A DNA stretch of 64,000 nt from Kudoa neothunni (lineage: Eukaryota > Animalia > Cnidaria): positions 10,589,186 to 10,653,185 of the forward strand of contig OZ199839.1 of NCBI GenBank assembly GCA_964304625.1. Reading direction: 5' to 3'. Made by a program: the position numbers and the translations under genes. The notes under the pieces were generated by a model. That model searched no databases. It was not told where the DNA came from and saw nothing but the letters and a program-made list of their open reading frames with translations. This document shows positions 1-12,356 of this stretch, piece by piece (position 1 is the first letter of the stretch; every line of letters begins with the position of its first letter).

Positions 1-61
1 TACGAATTAAGCGACATTACAAATTAGAGATAAGCGTATTGATTAAACATTAAAGTTTTAA

Positions 62-929
62 CCCTCGAATACCTGGAGGTGGCCAATCAGCGCTTATTGT
101 ATCGATAACTTTTTCAAAATATTTTATTTCCTTTTTTCCCTACGTGTATTTTAGAGTATAATGATGCTTTTAAAAACACTTAAGTAGTGTAGTTGTGCGT
201 TTAATTTGTTCGCCTAAAAGAAAAAAAATTCACACATACCTGGACATGCTCACCAAATAAAAAATAATGTTTAGAAAGTTGGAATATATATAAAAAGGAT
301 TTTCAGCAGTGGAATAAACGTTATAAATGTACTTCCAAGCAATGATCTATTTTTGAATTGATATTTTTTGTGTTGTATAACGACTTGATTCTGTTAACTA
401 ATCGAATCAGGCATGTTATAATTTTGTTAAATTAAATATCAACTAAATGTAGCAAGATAAATATAGTTGTTTTAAGTTTAAATTAGGTAATCTTATCATA
501 ACTTAGGATTTCAAAACCTAAAAGTCCTTAGACTATATATATTTAACATATTTCTGTCAACAGGGGAAGAGATTTCATTATAAAATCATGGATGTTGAAA
601 ATATAACAAAACCTTCGCTGTTAAAATAATAATATTTAATAATTATTAAATGATAATAAAACGATTTATTTAAAATTTTCCACGCTATTCAAAATATAAA
701 CAGGCATAATTATTCCTGTTCTTCGCACTTGCGCAAATAAACGTTACAAAAATGCATCTTTGATTTAATTTTATTGAATTTATTATATTTCAAAATTTAA
801 AAAATAACGTAAGTAATTATTTTCTTAATCTTAAGTGAAGCGATTTTCCCTTTTTTAATACATTTTTTTGTGTGGTCACAGTTGCCACCTCAAATATTCA
901 TGCAACTTGATAGCTCAGGCGTTCGAGGG
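62..929. mobile_element. Non-autonomous piggyBac-type element (MITE)
   Basis: TTAA (58-61) is followed by CCCTCGAATACCTG. The right end CAGGCGTTCGAGGG (916-929) reverse-complements to CCCTCGAACGCCTG (12/14) and is followed by TTAT. A subterminal inverted copy GCCACCTC lies at ~884-891. No coding capacity. Confidence 0.75.
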
Positions 930-1414
930 TTATAAGAAAATCTCGATTTTACGTTTTCATTTAAAAATATATGAAAATAATATCTGTAAGTTGGGATAGG
1001 GCCCGTAATAGTGTGTAATGCGTGGAAAGAATTTAAAAATTAATCCCAGCGCGCGCACAATACATTTTTAGTTTGCAATTACTCAAATGAAATTATAGAT
1101 ACGATGTTACTATGTATGTAAAAAATAATATTAAAATGTCTTAAACTAGGAGATTTGAAAAAGTTTATTCTAGAAGGATTAAGACGTGTAATTATTCTTC
1201 AAAATGAACAAATAAACTAAATTTTAATATATCATTCATTCGCCAATCTCGCAACTACAGTATATATATAAGGAGAAATTGTTTACAAGGCTCCAAAATC
1301 TCCAGAATATTCACATGTTTCGACGTAACGACAGCAATCGAACAATGGCGAAAGTAATAACATAAAAGACCCTACTGTTAGACTATATCAATCACTTGAA
1401 AATTTTTAATCCCG

Positions 1415-2078
1415 ATGGATCCCATCTCCATGGAACTGGAAGTTATTCAGTCAATATTTGACACATTTGTTGAGGTGTGCCACCAATCACAAGTGGTTGT
1501 TTATCGTCATGAGGACATAATGGATGTGTCACTTACTATTCAACTGCCTCCCAATTACCCCCAAGATGTGGCGAAAGTTATTGTGGATTATAGACCCGAA
1601 AAATCAAATGATTCAGATCAAGTGGTTACAATGTTTGCAGCTGAAGTACTTGAGGGAATTAAGAACGATTTGAACAATTTTACGCATGCGCATCCGAGTG
1701 AAAATATTTTGTTCGATTTAATCAATATGTTCAAGTCGATGGTATCGAATCATTTAACAAATTTGGAAAAATTAAAACAATGTGATTCAAGCCTTCCATC
1801 TATCTCCAAACCATTACAGGTCAATTTTATGAGTGAGAGCAAGATTACTGATTTTTTTATCCCTTCTACCAAAAATAAACCAATTCCATCGCCTGAAAAG
1901 AATTTAAATATTATCCATGGTGAAAAATATACCAATAAAAAAAGCGTCTTTCAAGCTCATTATGCTCGAATCGAAACTATTAATGATGTTTCAACTTTTA
2001 AGAAACAACTTTTGGTTGATAGACGTATTGCTTCAGCAACCCATAATATCATGGTTTATAAGTAATAATACAAACCAC

Positions 2079-2117
<39 letters not shown>

Positions 2118-2403
2118 ATTTTATTTATTTATTGTGTGTGTTTAAGACAAGACTTTTTATTGATGACCTTATTTTAGACTTAGACACCCTACAAATGGTA
2201 AAATTGATTGCGACTTTGATGACGATGGCGAAACAGGCGCAGGAAGAAAACTGATGAATGTGATTAGTAGAATTGAAAATCTAGACAACATTGTTATCAT
2301 AGTTACAAGATGGTTCGGGGGTGTTTTATTGGGCCCTTCACGGTTCCGAATTATTAATGATGTAGCAATAGCATTGTTAAGGAAAACAAACCTTATACCA
2401 TAG
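1415..2403 (+). CDS. IMPACT: IMPACT/Yih1 family protein (RWD domain + UPF0029 ancient domain), 2 exons
   Basis: Exon 1 (1415-2061) has the RWD-like ELEVIQSIF...LPPNYP, then KKSVFQAH and ASATHNIMVY. A GT-AG intron at 2062-2177 joins in frame to exon 2 (2178-2403), which encodes DFDDDGETGAG and IVTRWFGGVLLGPSRF, hallmark IMPACT motifs. TAG stop at 2401-2403. Confidence 0.93.
2082..2115. repeat. (TA)17 microsatellite inside the IMPACT intron
   Basis: Read directly from the sequence. Confidence 0.95.
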
Positions 2404-2495
2404 TTACTATAATTATCACAATTTAAGTTGTTTTTTTAATTAACCAAATAAAACACTACAACGTGGTTCCACTGTGGAAGCATGAAGTTTTCCCT

Positions 2496-2697
2496 CTAAG
2501 TGTTATGCTGCATTGTTTGGCAACAATATTGACAAACATTGGTGATGGAATTGTGTTGGCTTGTCTTGTCCACCAAGTCTTTTAATGGCCCTACTTCATT
2601 TGAACAAACCTGAGTTGAATTATTATTACGAATTATATATGTTTTAATTTTATACCATGTTTGTTCTCGTTTGTGCGTATTCTGATTGTTTACTCAT
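2496..2697 (-). CDS. Possible small spliced gene (~51 aa), unknown function
   Basis: ATG at 2697 gives MSKQSEYAQTRTNM. A 46-nt GT-AG intron (2655-2610) then continues in frame as VCSNEVGPLKDLVDKTSQHNSITNVCQYCCQTMQHNT to TAG at 2496. The putative exons are GC-richer than the intron. No recognisable homology. Confidence 0.3.
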
Positions 2698-2756
2698 TAG
2701 TACTTTGACACCACGATAGGTGATCGATGTGACAGGTGTTTGTTTTCATAAATGTA

Positions 2757-5700
2757 ATGCTTTATGGGTTAGGCAGGATCTTGTTTGGTCTATTTCTTTT
2801 TTTATTATCTACCTACATTATTTTTATTGGTCGGTCAATAGTAATGTGTGATATATACTTTCCCAAATTGTACCCAGGTGGTCGTTATATCGCGAGAAAT
2901 TTTGGTGAACATCAATGGGAACACGAAACACACTCAGCTGATGGTACTTTGGTCAAGTGGTACATTCGATCACAAGAGAAACTGCTGCTAGCAGAATTAG
3001 TCAATGGGAACTACTCTTCGGATAGTTCCAATTGTTTTTTGTTTATTTATAATTGGTCTCACTTCGGAAACAACTGTAAGCTTGGAGATGGAAATATTCT
3101 GTTGGATAATCGTAGAGCGATAATTTTATTAAAATGTGAATCAAATCAGAACATCCTTGTACTGTTGAGCACTCTTCCAATTAACACTACTACCTGTGCG
3201 AAAATATCTATGGAAGATTATGCGAGTAATTTTTGTTTTAAGAGAGCATTTGGTTGATAGAGTTTTGACTGTGAGTATAGAAAAACAATTTTCTAACATT
3301 TCCAACATTGGAAATATCACCATAATGGTCCAAATAGACAAAAACCTACTCCCTATCACACTAAAAAACTCGGATGTCCTTCTTAGACCAGTTACCAAAA
3401 GTTTTAACCCCTTTTCGGTTGTTGTTTGGCTTTCAGACTCACCGTTTTATCAAATTCTATCGTTCCACGCCAATAACTCCACACACACAATCACTACCTG
3501 GAAAGTAATGGTCTTAATTTGTAATTAATGTTGTTAGTGGGCTGATCAAAAAATAATATTAACTATTTTAAATATTTAACTAATTAAGATAATCCCTCTA
3601 GATTATCAACAACAGTAACCGCACTAGAAAATATAACTTGAAGGACGATCACATTAACAAAAATTCAGAACTTTTTCATTCGAATACTCCTCCGAAAGAT
3701 CTAGTTGCCAAAGAAAATACACTGATTGGACTGTTTGAAGGTGGTTGCGTCAAGCACTGCAACTTGCAAAACTGCGCCAAACTCATAACTGTCTATTTGG
3801 ACGAATGTAACAGTAACCAAAATGGTGGACTTTTACTAACACCCAATAATGGAAACATTGTCATACGCCAAACGCGTTTCTCATCTGTTGCATTGTTTGG
3901 AAAAACAAATTCCCTCTCATACAACATTGATTTTGATATATTCTGCCATATGAAGTATGATCTCAACAAAAATAAACTTGAAAATCCCAGAAACAATAAC
4001 GTCTTTGATGCTTGGGCCAAATGTGGAAATTTCACCGTGGAGAATGTGGTCATGGAAATCTATGCGATCAATAAACACCCTTCCAACTATAGACCTTGCA
4101 AACTTTCCAACGATGGAAATATGCTGGCATGCTTAATTTTTGGTGAACCATACATTTTTGACATCGGAGATCGTCAATCTGCCCATCCAATATCCTCGTT
4201 TGACGTCTCATCTTGGACTCTTGGTTCTTCTATTATCAAGTATTATTTTTGTGTTTAAAACTTATTCATTAAACTATTAAATATAAGATATTCTTTGCTA
4301 ATGATGAAATTAATATTGGTGGATTTTATATTGAAAAAATATTTTTAGATGAATCTACTCTTTAGAATGCATATTTTACAATATTTTAATTTAGATTTAA
4401 ACCACAGATGAAATATTGTCACTAAATCTTTGACTTAAATATTTATGCACCTCAAAAATATAGTTATTCTGATAATAAATAATAGACATTTTGAGCAATA
4501 TTGTTTGTGATTAACAGAAAATTTAATAAGTAAAATATTGATTTTCCAAGAATTTTTTAATTTATCAATTAATCATAAAAACAACTAGTTTTTAAACAGA
4601 ATGCAACAAATTGTTAAAATTATAATTTTTTTAAATATATAACTATAAAAAATTTAATGATGGTAGATATATTATAATTTATAAATTGTAAATGAATTAA
4701 TATCCGAAAAATAACATTTAACATTCTGAAACTTAAAATCACCATATATACTATACACTTGAATTTGTTCAAGTTTTAATATATGAATTTTTTTATGCGA
4801 GTGTTTTTCCATAATTAAAGTCCATATATATATATACACATATTTCTCAATTTTTATTTTATTATAATTATATCTAATTACACCGTAATATTAAAAAAAT
4901 GTAATTTTATGAAAAATCTATTTTAAATTTGGGGTTGTAAATTAATAATTTTTAAGCCTTATTTCACAATTATTACAAAAATTGGATATTATGCAATGTT
5001 AACTACATTGTGAAAAGTTTCCAATAAAATACAAGTAAAGTCCGTAACTTTAGGTGTCAACAAACCCTACCAATATCCTAATTCAGTTTGCCTAATGTAT
5101 TAGGTTTTAAATATTTTATGATTTCGTACAGTCTCTGGTTATTTTTGTGGGATTTAAACACAAGGTCTCCTATTTATTGATGATATTCACATATAATTTG
5201 TTGAGAATCTGTCAATTGTATTGAGTTATTTATTACTAATATACCTATACACGCCTAGAAGCCGAGAACAGTTAATTATTGGCATAATTAAGCTTACCTT
5301 GCTATATTTGGCCATAATAATAACCTTATCAAACTTTTGATATATCACGGTTAGATTTAATATTTAGATATATATCATCATAAGTAATAATCAAAATCAA
5401 AAACAGAGACCTACTTGCAAAATCATTTTAATGAGTCTCCAACCAAAGTTTAATCCTAAATTTTTAATTAAAAACCCCATATTAGAAATCATTGTAGTAA
5501 AAAACTAAGATATTGGAAGTTTTCATGAGTTAATTATAAAATAATTTTGTACATCGAAAATTAAACTATAATATCTTTGATGTATTATAATTTGATTTTA
5601 TGAATATTTTAATAGTGTATAGATATAACGTTATCTTAAAAATACATACAAACTAAATTTATGAACAATAATATGATTTGTTTAATAGATTATATCATTA

Positions 5701-8700
5701 AATATTTATAAAACAAATTTTTTTATTATTTAAAACAATTATCGTAACTATAAAACATCATTTATTGTTTTTTATGCCTTGATTAATAAAAGATCTCTTC
5801 ATAACGGATATTTGGAAAGCTTATGTTAAGGATTATAACAAAATATTATTTAAAGAATATTTTTTACATAATACCTATTTTTAAATGTGTTAATGAAAAA
5901 GAAACAATATCTCAAAATTTTAACAACATTTTTTTCATATTTGAAAGTATTAAACGTATAATTTTATTTTTTAGAGTATGTTTTGATGAATATACAGGTT
6001 AAACTGTGGTTATTCTTCATCAGTTCACTTTCAAGATATAAGTTAAATTGTAAAAATTTAATCAATTATTGAAATATAATTAATCATAGCTCTTTAGTAA
6101 ATTTTTTTGAATATCGTCATGGACCTATAGATTATTTTAAATATAAACTATAATTATATACAATTCTGTATGAGTCGTAAAAAATATATTTTCAATTCTA
6201 TTGTCGAAAATAAATTATCGTGTCTTTTTAGAAAAATAAGCTATACATCGATCAAAGCTAATAATTTGGATTGTATCGAAAAAATTAATCCAAATTTGAA
6301 ACATATAGAGTTCTCTTATTAATAAGAATTAAAATTGTCTAAATGTTAAATTCCTTATCAACAGATTACTTTGTTATAAATATAATGGTAATAATTTTGT
6401 TGCCTAACTACTTAATGCCCTATCATATGATATGTAATTTAAAATAACATCATTTAGATACGGCTTCAGCTCCTCAAATTCTTTCTACTTCGAACTGTAC
6501 AAAAGTGTATCTGATACAAATCTAATGGAGGATGTCGTTGAAGGTTTCATATTCAACATTGAAAGGTTCTTACAACCTTCTTTGATGTCGTCACAAGTTA
6601 TCTACCCCACATTGGCCACGAGTATCACTCCCTCAGAGTCATACATATTGGTTAATCATTTGAATTTGGATGTTTGGTTGTTCACTCATGCTGGTAGAAT
6701 TTTCTACAGAAATGGAAGTTCCGATGGGTTTAAGGTCAATCTTGTTTATCGAGACGATATGAGTTTTTATATATCGGATTATTTACAAGAATTGTCAAAT
6801 AACACTTTACACCGATCATTACTCTATTATGGACACAATTATGAGCATCCGTTTGCATTTTTCTCCCCCGATAAAACCAACATTGTGTATTTGTCTCACT
6901 TCAGAGTTCCGTCAGGATCGTTCTCAGCCTCTGCAGTAACTATTGCAGATTTGTATGGCGCTGCAGATGGAGATTCCACAAAACACTCAATTATTCATGT
7001 TGGTGATCAACCATTGCTTACTCAAGCGGGAATTAGCTACGATAACAAATATTTGTATGTGGTGAAGCAACGCAACTCGGTTCAATATTTGAGTTTGTGT
7101 ATTTTTGAGGTGATCAACATCCCCATGGTTACATTTAACATGAGCTCTATGAAAGCAAGTATTGAAATTAATGGTGTATGGTCTTGGGATCAATATGACT
7201 CAACGGAATCGTCAAAAATTTGGGTAATTGGCGCCTTCACTAACGATCACCTAATACTATCCGTTCATTTCCCTCACAACATATCCACACATATGAAAGA
7301 ATACGCAGTGTTGAGTGACTTCACAGTAAAGCCAATTAGAACAATCGAGTTGGACAACTGCATTGCAGTTTCTAATTTCAATGACTATATTACCAATAAG
7401 ATCGTGATTTTGTGCTCCCAATCTCAACTCTCTGTTCAATACAATCAAACATATCGAATAATCATTATAGAGTATACTTCAGGAGAGATTTTATGTTCAT
7501 TAAACATTGACTACAAGTTTAGTCCTCTTAAGGTAATCGACTTTAGCACAAATTATGGTTAAGTGTATTTGGTAGGTTGAATTTGATAGTTTAAAACCAA
7601 CAAATATCCCTGGGTTTGATTTCGACCCCACCAATCACCGACTAGTTGTCACCTGTGAGCACACAGTGTATGTGTACTTTACGAAAAGATGTCCTTTCCA
7701 ATTATTGTTCACTTTCACAAACCATCATATTGTTTCATCAGCTGCCACTCTAAATATCATCAATCAAAAACTCACTTATGGAATTACACTCCTATCCTAT
7801 CTTCAAAAAATTGATATTATCAGCGATTGCACCAATGGGTTTGGTATTGCATCTTCCGAAGGTAACACTGGCTTCTATTGTACACGGTGCAAACCAGGAT
7901 ACTATGGACTAGGTTGTATTCCATGTCCGGCTGGTTTTGTTTGTAATGGTTATGCTCAATTACAACCTTCTTCGCCTTGTCCTGAAGGTTTCTACTGCCT
8001 TGAGGTATTTAATTTATTTTTTTAAGGCATTACGTTAATATTTAATTCAACAAACTTAGTCTTGAATTTTTAGTTGAGTTTTGGAATGATTATTTTTAAT
8101 TTTGTATGTAGGCGACCGGTTCAAATGAAATCGTCATCCTAGAATCTGCATCAGCAGACAAAAAGAATAATACAGATATTGTGTACAATTTTTTGAAACT
8201 TCCCCACAAATGTCCTTCTGGTGCATATTGTCCGGCAGGTACAGCTCAACCTTACATCAACGATACTATCAACAATTCTCCTCAATCGTGTATTGAAGGA
8301 TTCTACTGCCCAGAAGGTTCAATAAAACCCACCCAGAAATCATGCCCCTTACATGCCACTTCTCCTCTTCGAAGCAAGTCATTCTTGGATTGTTTCTGTG
8401 AGGAGGGCTATTTCGGGATTGCTATAAATGATTTCTTCTGCATCAAATGTTTTAAGAATGGAGTTTGCGTTCGAGAAAACAACTCAACCACTAACATTGT
8501 TTCCTATATGACCATTCCAGAAGGATATTGGCCAAACCATCCTGGAAATGTTTTTGATATTCTAAAATGTCACAATTCTACACCAGAATCGAAATCTCCA
8601 TGTTACGCTTCAACGTGTGCATTATATTGTGAAAAATTAACTATTGAGGATATGCTTAAAATTAACCACACCACCACCTTCAACTGCACTATTCGATGCG

Positions 8701-11260
8701 ATACCAAGTGTGCTTTGGGACATGAAGGAAGATTGTGTTCTAAGTGTTTGTATGGCTACTATAAACACAGTTATGGAAAATGCACCAAATGCGAGTTTAT
8801 TAAGAAGGACACGATTTATCTGTTGCTTCCGATTTCGTCAATGATAGCCGTTATCATCTACATTTTCTTGCGAAAAATACGATACAGATCAAGTAATCCT
8901 TGTTGTTTTCTCACATATTACTGATTTTTATTATTATAAATTTTCTTCATTCATTTACATTTAATTTAACACAATTGAGCACATCGTTAATTATTACGAT
9001 AATTTTACATATTATTTTTGTTTTAGTGATCGAAAAACCAAAGTTTCTAATAAGTGATGATTCGTTGCTAGAGTTGCTTATGACAATGATGATGCTCACT
9101 TTTGGTTTTACTACAGCCTCTACCCTGGTTCTGTTGTTGTTTTTCATGACCGTCACTTATCTTGAGAACCTGGACACCCCACAATACGCCAAATATATAT
9201 TCATTTTCTATATTCAAACCTTGCAGGTATGATTTTTTATTAGGGCAACTGAATATACTCATGCAAATTTAAAGAATTGATATATAAAAAATGTAACTAA
9301 TAAGTCAAACTCTAATATTTTTATCTAGGCACTTGTTGGCGAACATTTTAAATGGCCAAACTTTTTCGGTGTTCTTGTCAAATTTTTCAACGCATTCTAT
9401 GCAACAGTACCTGGAATATCTTGTTTGACCAATCCTTTTAACGGAAACTATGTTGGATGGGTTGGAGGAGTGGTTGTCTCTATCTTTGCACCTATAGTTG
9501 TTGGCTTACTTCTGTTGCTGCTATCTATCACAGGGTCAAATAGATTGTGGGAAGTGTTGCGAGTGAAAAAATTGTTATCATTCTACTGTTTCGCTTTGTT
9601 TATCTTGCAATTTCCTTTGAGTGGTCTCAGCCTTAACACTCTAGCGTGCAACTATGACAATGTAACTACCCAATGGTATATGAAATCACAACCATGGCAA
9701 AATTGTTCTCTATTCAACACAGTCCAGATCAGTGGAGTTGTTGGAGTGTGTGTTTATTTTTTTGGATATCCGCTAGCGTTGAACTACTTGTACTGGAGTA
9801 AACTTTTTGATCGCCACATTCACAAAGAATTAGAAGGTTTGATCATTCCATCCGGTACAAAATGTGATATGCTGTTTATATCGTTTATTCTACTTCGAGG
9901 AATGATACTGGTTGTTATTTTAATATTGGTTCCAGCCGAATGGGATATACAACGACTTCTAATTATATCTCTCTTTATCATCAACATCATAATGGTGATC
10001 AAACGAAATCCATACCTCACAACTCCAGCAGAAGTGATTCGATCCAAATATCTTGAAAACGAATCAAGTAAAAGTTTCAAAACCAATTCTACCACCAATA
10101 TATACCTGAATTGTATCTTGTTGTTGAAAAAGTCTCACGAAGGTAAAAACCGCTAGAAAAGTTCGAGGGGTCGTACACCTGAAATTATATACGACGCGGA
10201 GTGCGAATTTAACTCATTTTTTAGAATTTTTCTACAAAACTACTTTTCCGTTAACAAACACAATGTTCGGAAAGCTTAAGTTTATCCGTTAAATAATTTG
10301 TTAAAGTTACAATTGAATGAAAAAATATAATATAAAGAAAATTGAAATGTACACGGTAAATGATTAAACAAAATAAAAAAATTAAATCTATATACAATTT
10401 GTGAGTAAGAGTTTCTGAGATTAAAAACTAAAGCGCGCCAATAACCCCTGCCTTATTAATCCTAACTAAAATTAGTCGCGCCAAATGTGAAAATAAGGTA
10501 GAGCGCCCCTCAATTTACAATAAAAATTATTTTCTGGCACGTTATAATTAATATATTATTAATCCGCCAATATTCTCAAAAATTCGATTCAGCATTCAAA
10601 TCAAAGGATAGCCCTTGACAATATCAAAAATTATCTTTCGATGAGGTTTATGCGTTAACGTAATTATTCCCATATACTGTTGTATTTATTAACTTTAAAG
10701 TAGTCAATTCATTTGAATACTTTTATATGATTAATTGAACGAATATATTTTAAAAATTTATTGTTATGATAAAGTGTGAATTTTTTCATTAAAAAATTAA
10801 TTTCTTTTAATTTAAAAAATTATCGTTTGAAGTTTAAATTTACCTTCTGAACGAGAATTATTAAATAACTGAACTAATTAGTTAAAGCCTATAAAATAAA
10901 AATCAAAAATTTAGTGTCGCGAGGTCAGCGTGAATTCCACTCCGTCCCAGGAGGGTTAAACTATTTATATTTATCGATATAATCATGTTTTATTCTTTAG
11001 GTGAATTTCTTGAATTGGCCAGCTTGACACTTATTTCATTCTCATATCTACTTATGGATACCCATAGAATTAATATTGCCAGTCTTTCAACAAGATTATT
11101 CATTGTGGGATCGTTAAACTTTGCTTTTACAATTTATTTTGTTTTTTTTGTTCTCGTTGAACACAGAATCGGATTGTTTCATTACATTGCTCGGATTGTT
11201 GCTTCGATTTATTCATGCGGCTGTTTGATTTGTTCTAAAACTCAAAAAAGATTTCAATGA
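2757..11260 (+). CDS. Large receptor-like membrane protein (~1,629 aa): signal peptide/anchor, long beta-rich ectodomain, GCC2/GCC3 (ephrin-receptor-like) cysteine repeats, multi-TM C-terminus; 9 exons
   Basis: Exons 2757-3225, 3281-3504, 3602-4239, 6458-7532, 7576-8004, 8112-8892, 9027-9226, 9329-10142 and 11001-11260 are all GT-AG and phase-compatible (4,890 nt total). Motifs: CPAGFVC, CPEGFYC, CPSGAYCPAG, CIEGFYCPEG, CFCEEGYFG, CALGHEGRLCSKCLYGYY, then FYIQT, KWP, WYMKSQPWQNC, RNPY...FLELASL with many hydrophobic helices. Confidence 0.8.
10190..10955. mobile_element. piggyBac-type remnant in the last intron of the receptor gene
   Basis: The right end ...TCCGTCCCAGGAGGG plus TTAA (10956-10959) matches the end at 59696 in 13/16 positions. 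An inverted related motif GACGCGGAGTGCGAATTTAAC lies at ~10193. The left terminus was not found, so the start is approximate. Confidence 0.5.
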
Positions 11261-12356
11261 TTTGTATATTGTATTTAGAACTAGTCTGTTTATGCGCAAC
11301 TTCATATAACACACTGAAGATTATGCGGGTATAAATTTTCTATCTACCCCACAGCAATATTCATTTCATGTTTATATGGATTTTTACATAGAGTTTTGTC
11401 TCCTTAATGAGGGACGATATTTTTATTTGTTTGCTACAGCAAGGTCTCGTCTTGACGCTGTGTAACTTTTTAGGGTCATGGAAAGGGGATACAAAATTGA
11501 GTGTTACCGCATGGGGAGTAATATTGATTCCGCATTCCAAATTATTTTGTTTTAAAGTATCTATTCAATATTTTAATTATAATACCATACCAATTCCCTA
11601 CAGGACGAAAATTGAGATATTAATATTGTGAGTATATATCGTAATGACGCATTTGAGCGAATCTATTTTATCTTTTAATTCTTAAGTTGAAATGATTTCA
11701 TAAATATCGCATGTTTTTACTTAGAAAAAATTTCAACCCGTGCCTTGTTTATAAGAGATATCTCGTAATATTTTGATTCTCACTTTCGTTTCATTTCGCT
11801 ATAATAATGACCTCAATTTAACCACTTATTGAAGTGATTAATAAAAATATGAGTACCAAATTATATTACTTCATAAAAAATGATTTTCAATTTGATTTTT
11901 TTACTAAATATTCTAATTTTTAAGTTAATAGTAAATTGAAGAAGCTTTAATTATTGTTTTTAATTAAATCATTATAACAATAAAATAAATAAAAACAACT
12001 TAACCCTTCGTTTTTTAATTATTGAATCTCCTGCTTATTTAAATATAAAAATTGCCGCCAAACTATGTAGAACACAAATAATATTTCAATTTTAAGGGTG
12101 AATACTACTCTACCTAAAGAGAATAATTATTCAACTAAATTCAGTAATACAACTCAATTTTTGAAGTAAATAATATTTTTCTTTTATAACCAAATCACCA
12201 CCCTAACAAAAACTATCTTATGAAACATTACCTGTAAATATTAATTACAAACTTATTTTCTAAATGAACACAGAAGTATGCCTCTATTTTTTTACTTTAA
12301 TGTTATTTTACGAAACAAAAAGAAATTTTTGACGATTTTTTATTTAGATCCACTAA

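Noticed and set aside
3196-3280. Apparent frameshift between ORFs 2736-3257 and 3196-3528
   Set aside because: Resolved by a GT-AG intron at 3226-3280 (55 nt); no recoding is needed.
4925-5530. Patchy inverted similarity in the 2.2-kb receptor intron (possible foldback MITE)
   Set aside because: Matches are short, AT-rich and not consistently colinear; boundaries cannot be defined by eye.
8893-9026. Apparent frameshift and extra TM helices in ORF 8900-9232
   Set aside because: A 134-nt intron (GTAATC...TTTTGTTTTAG) joins the frames; the hydrophobic translation is AT-rich intron sequence.
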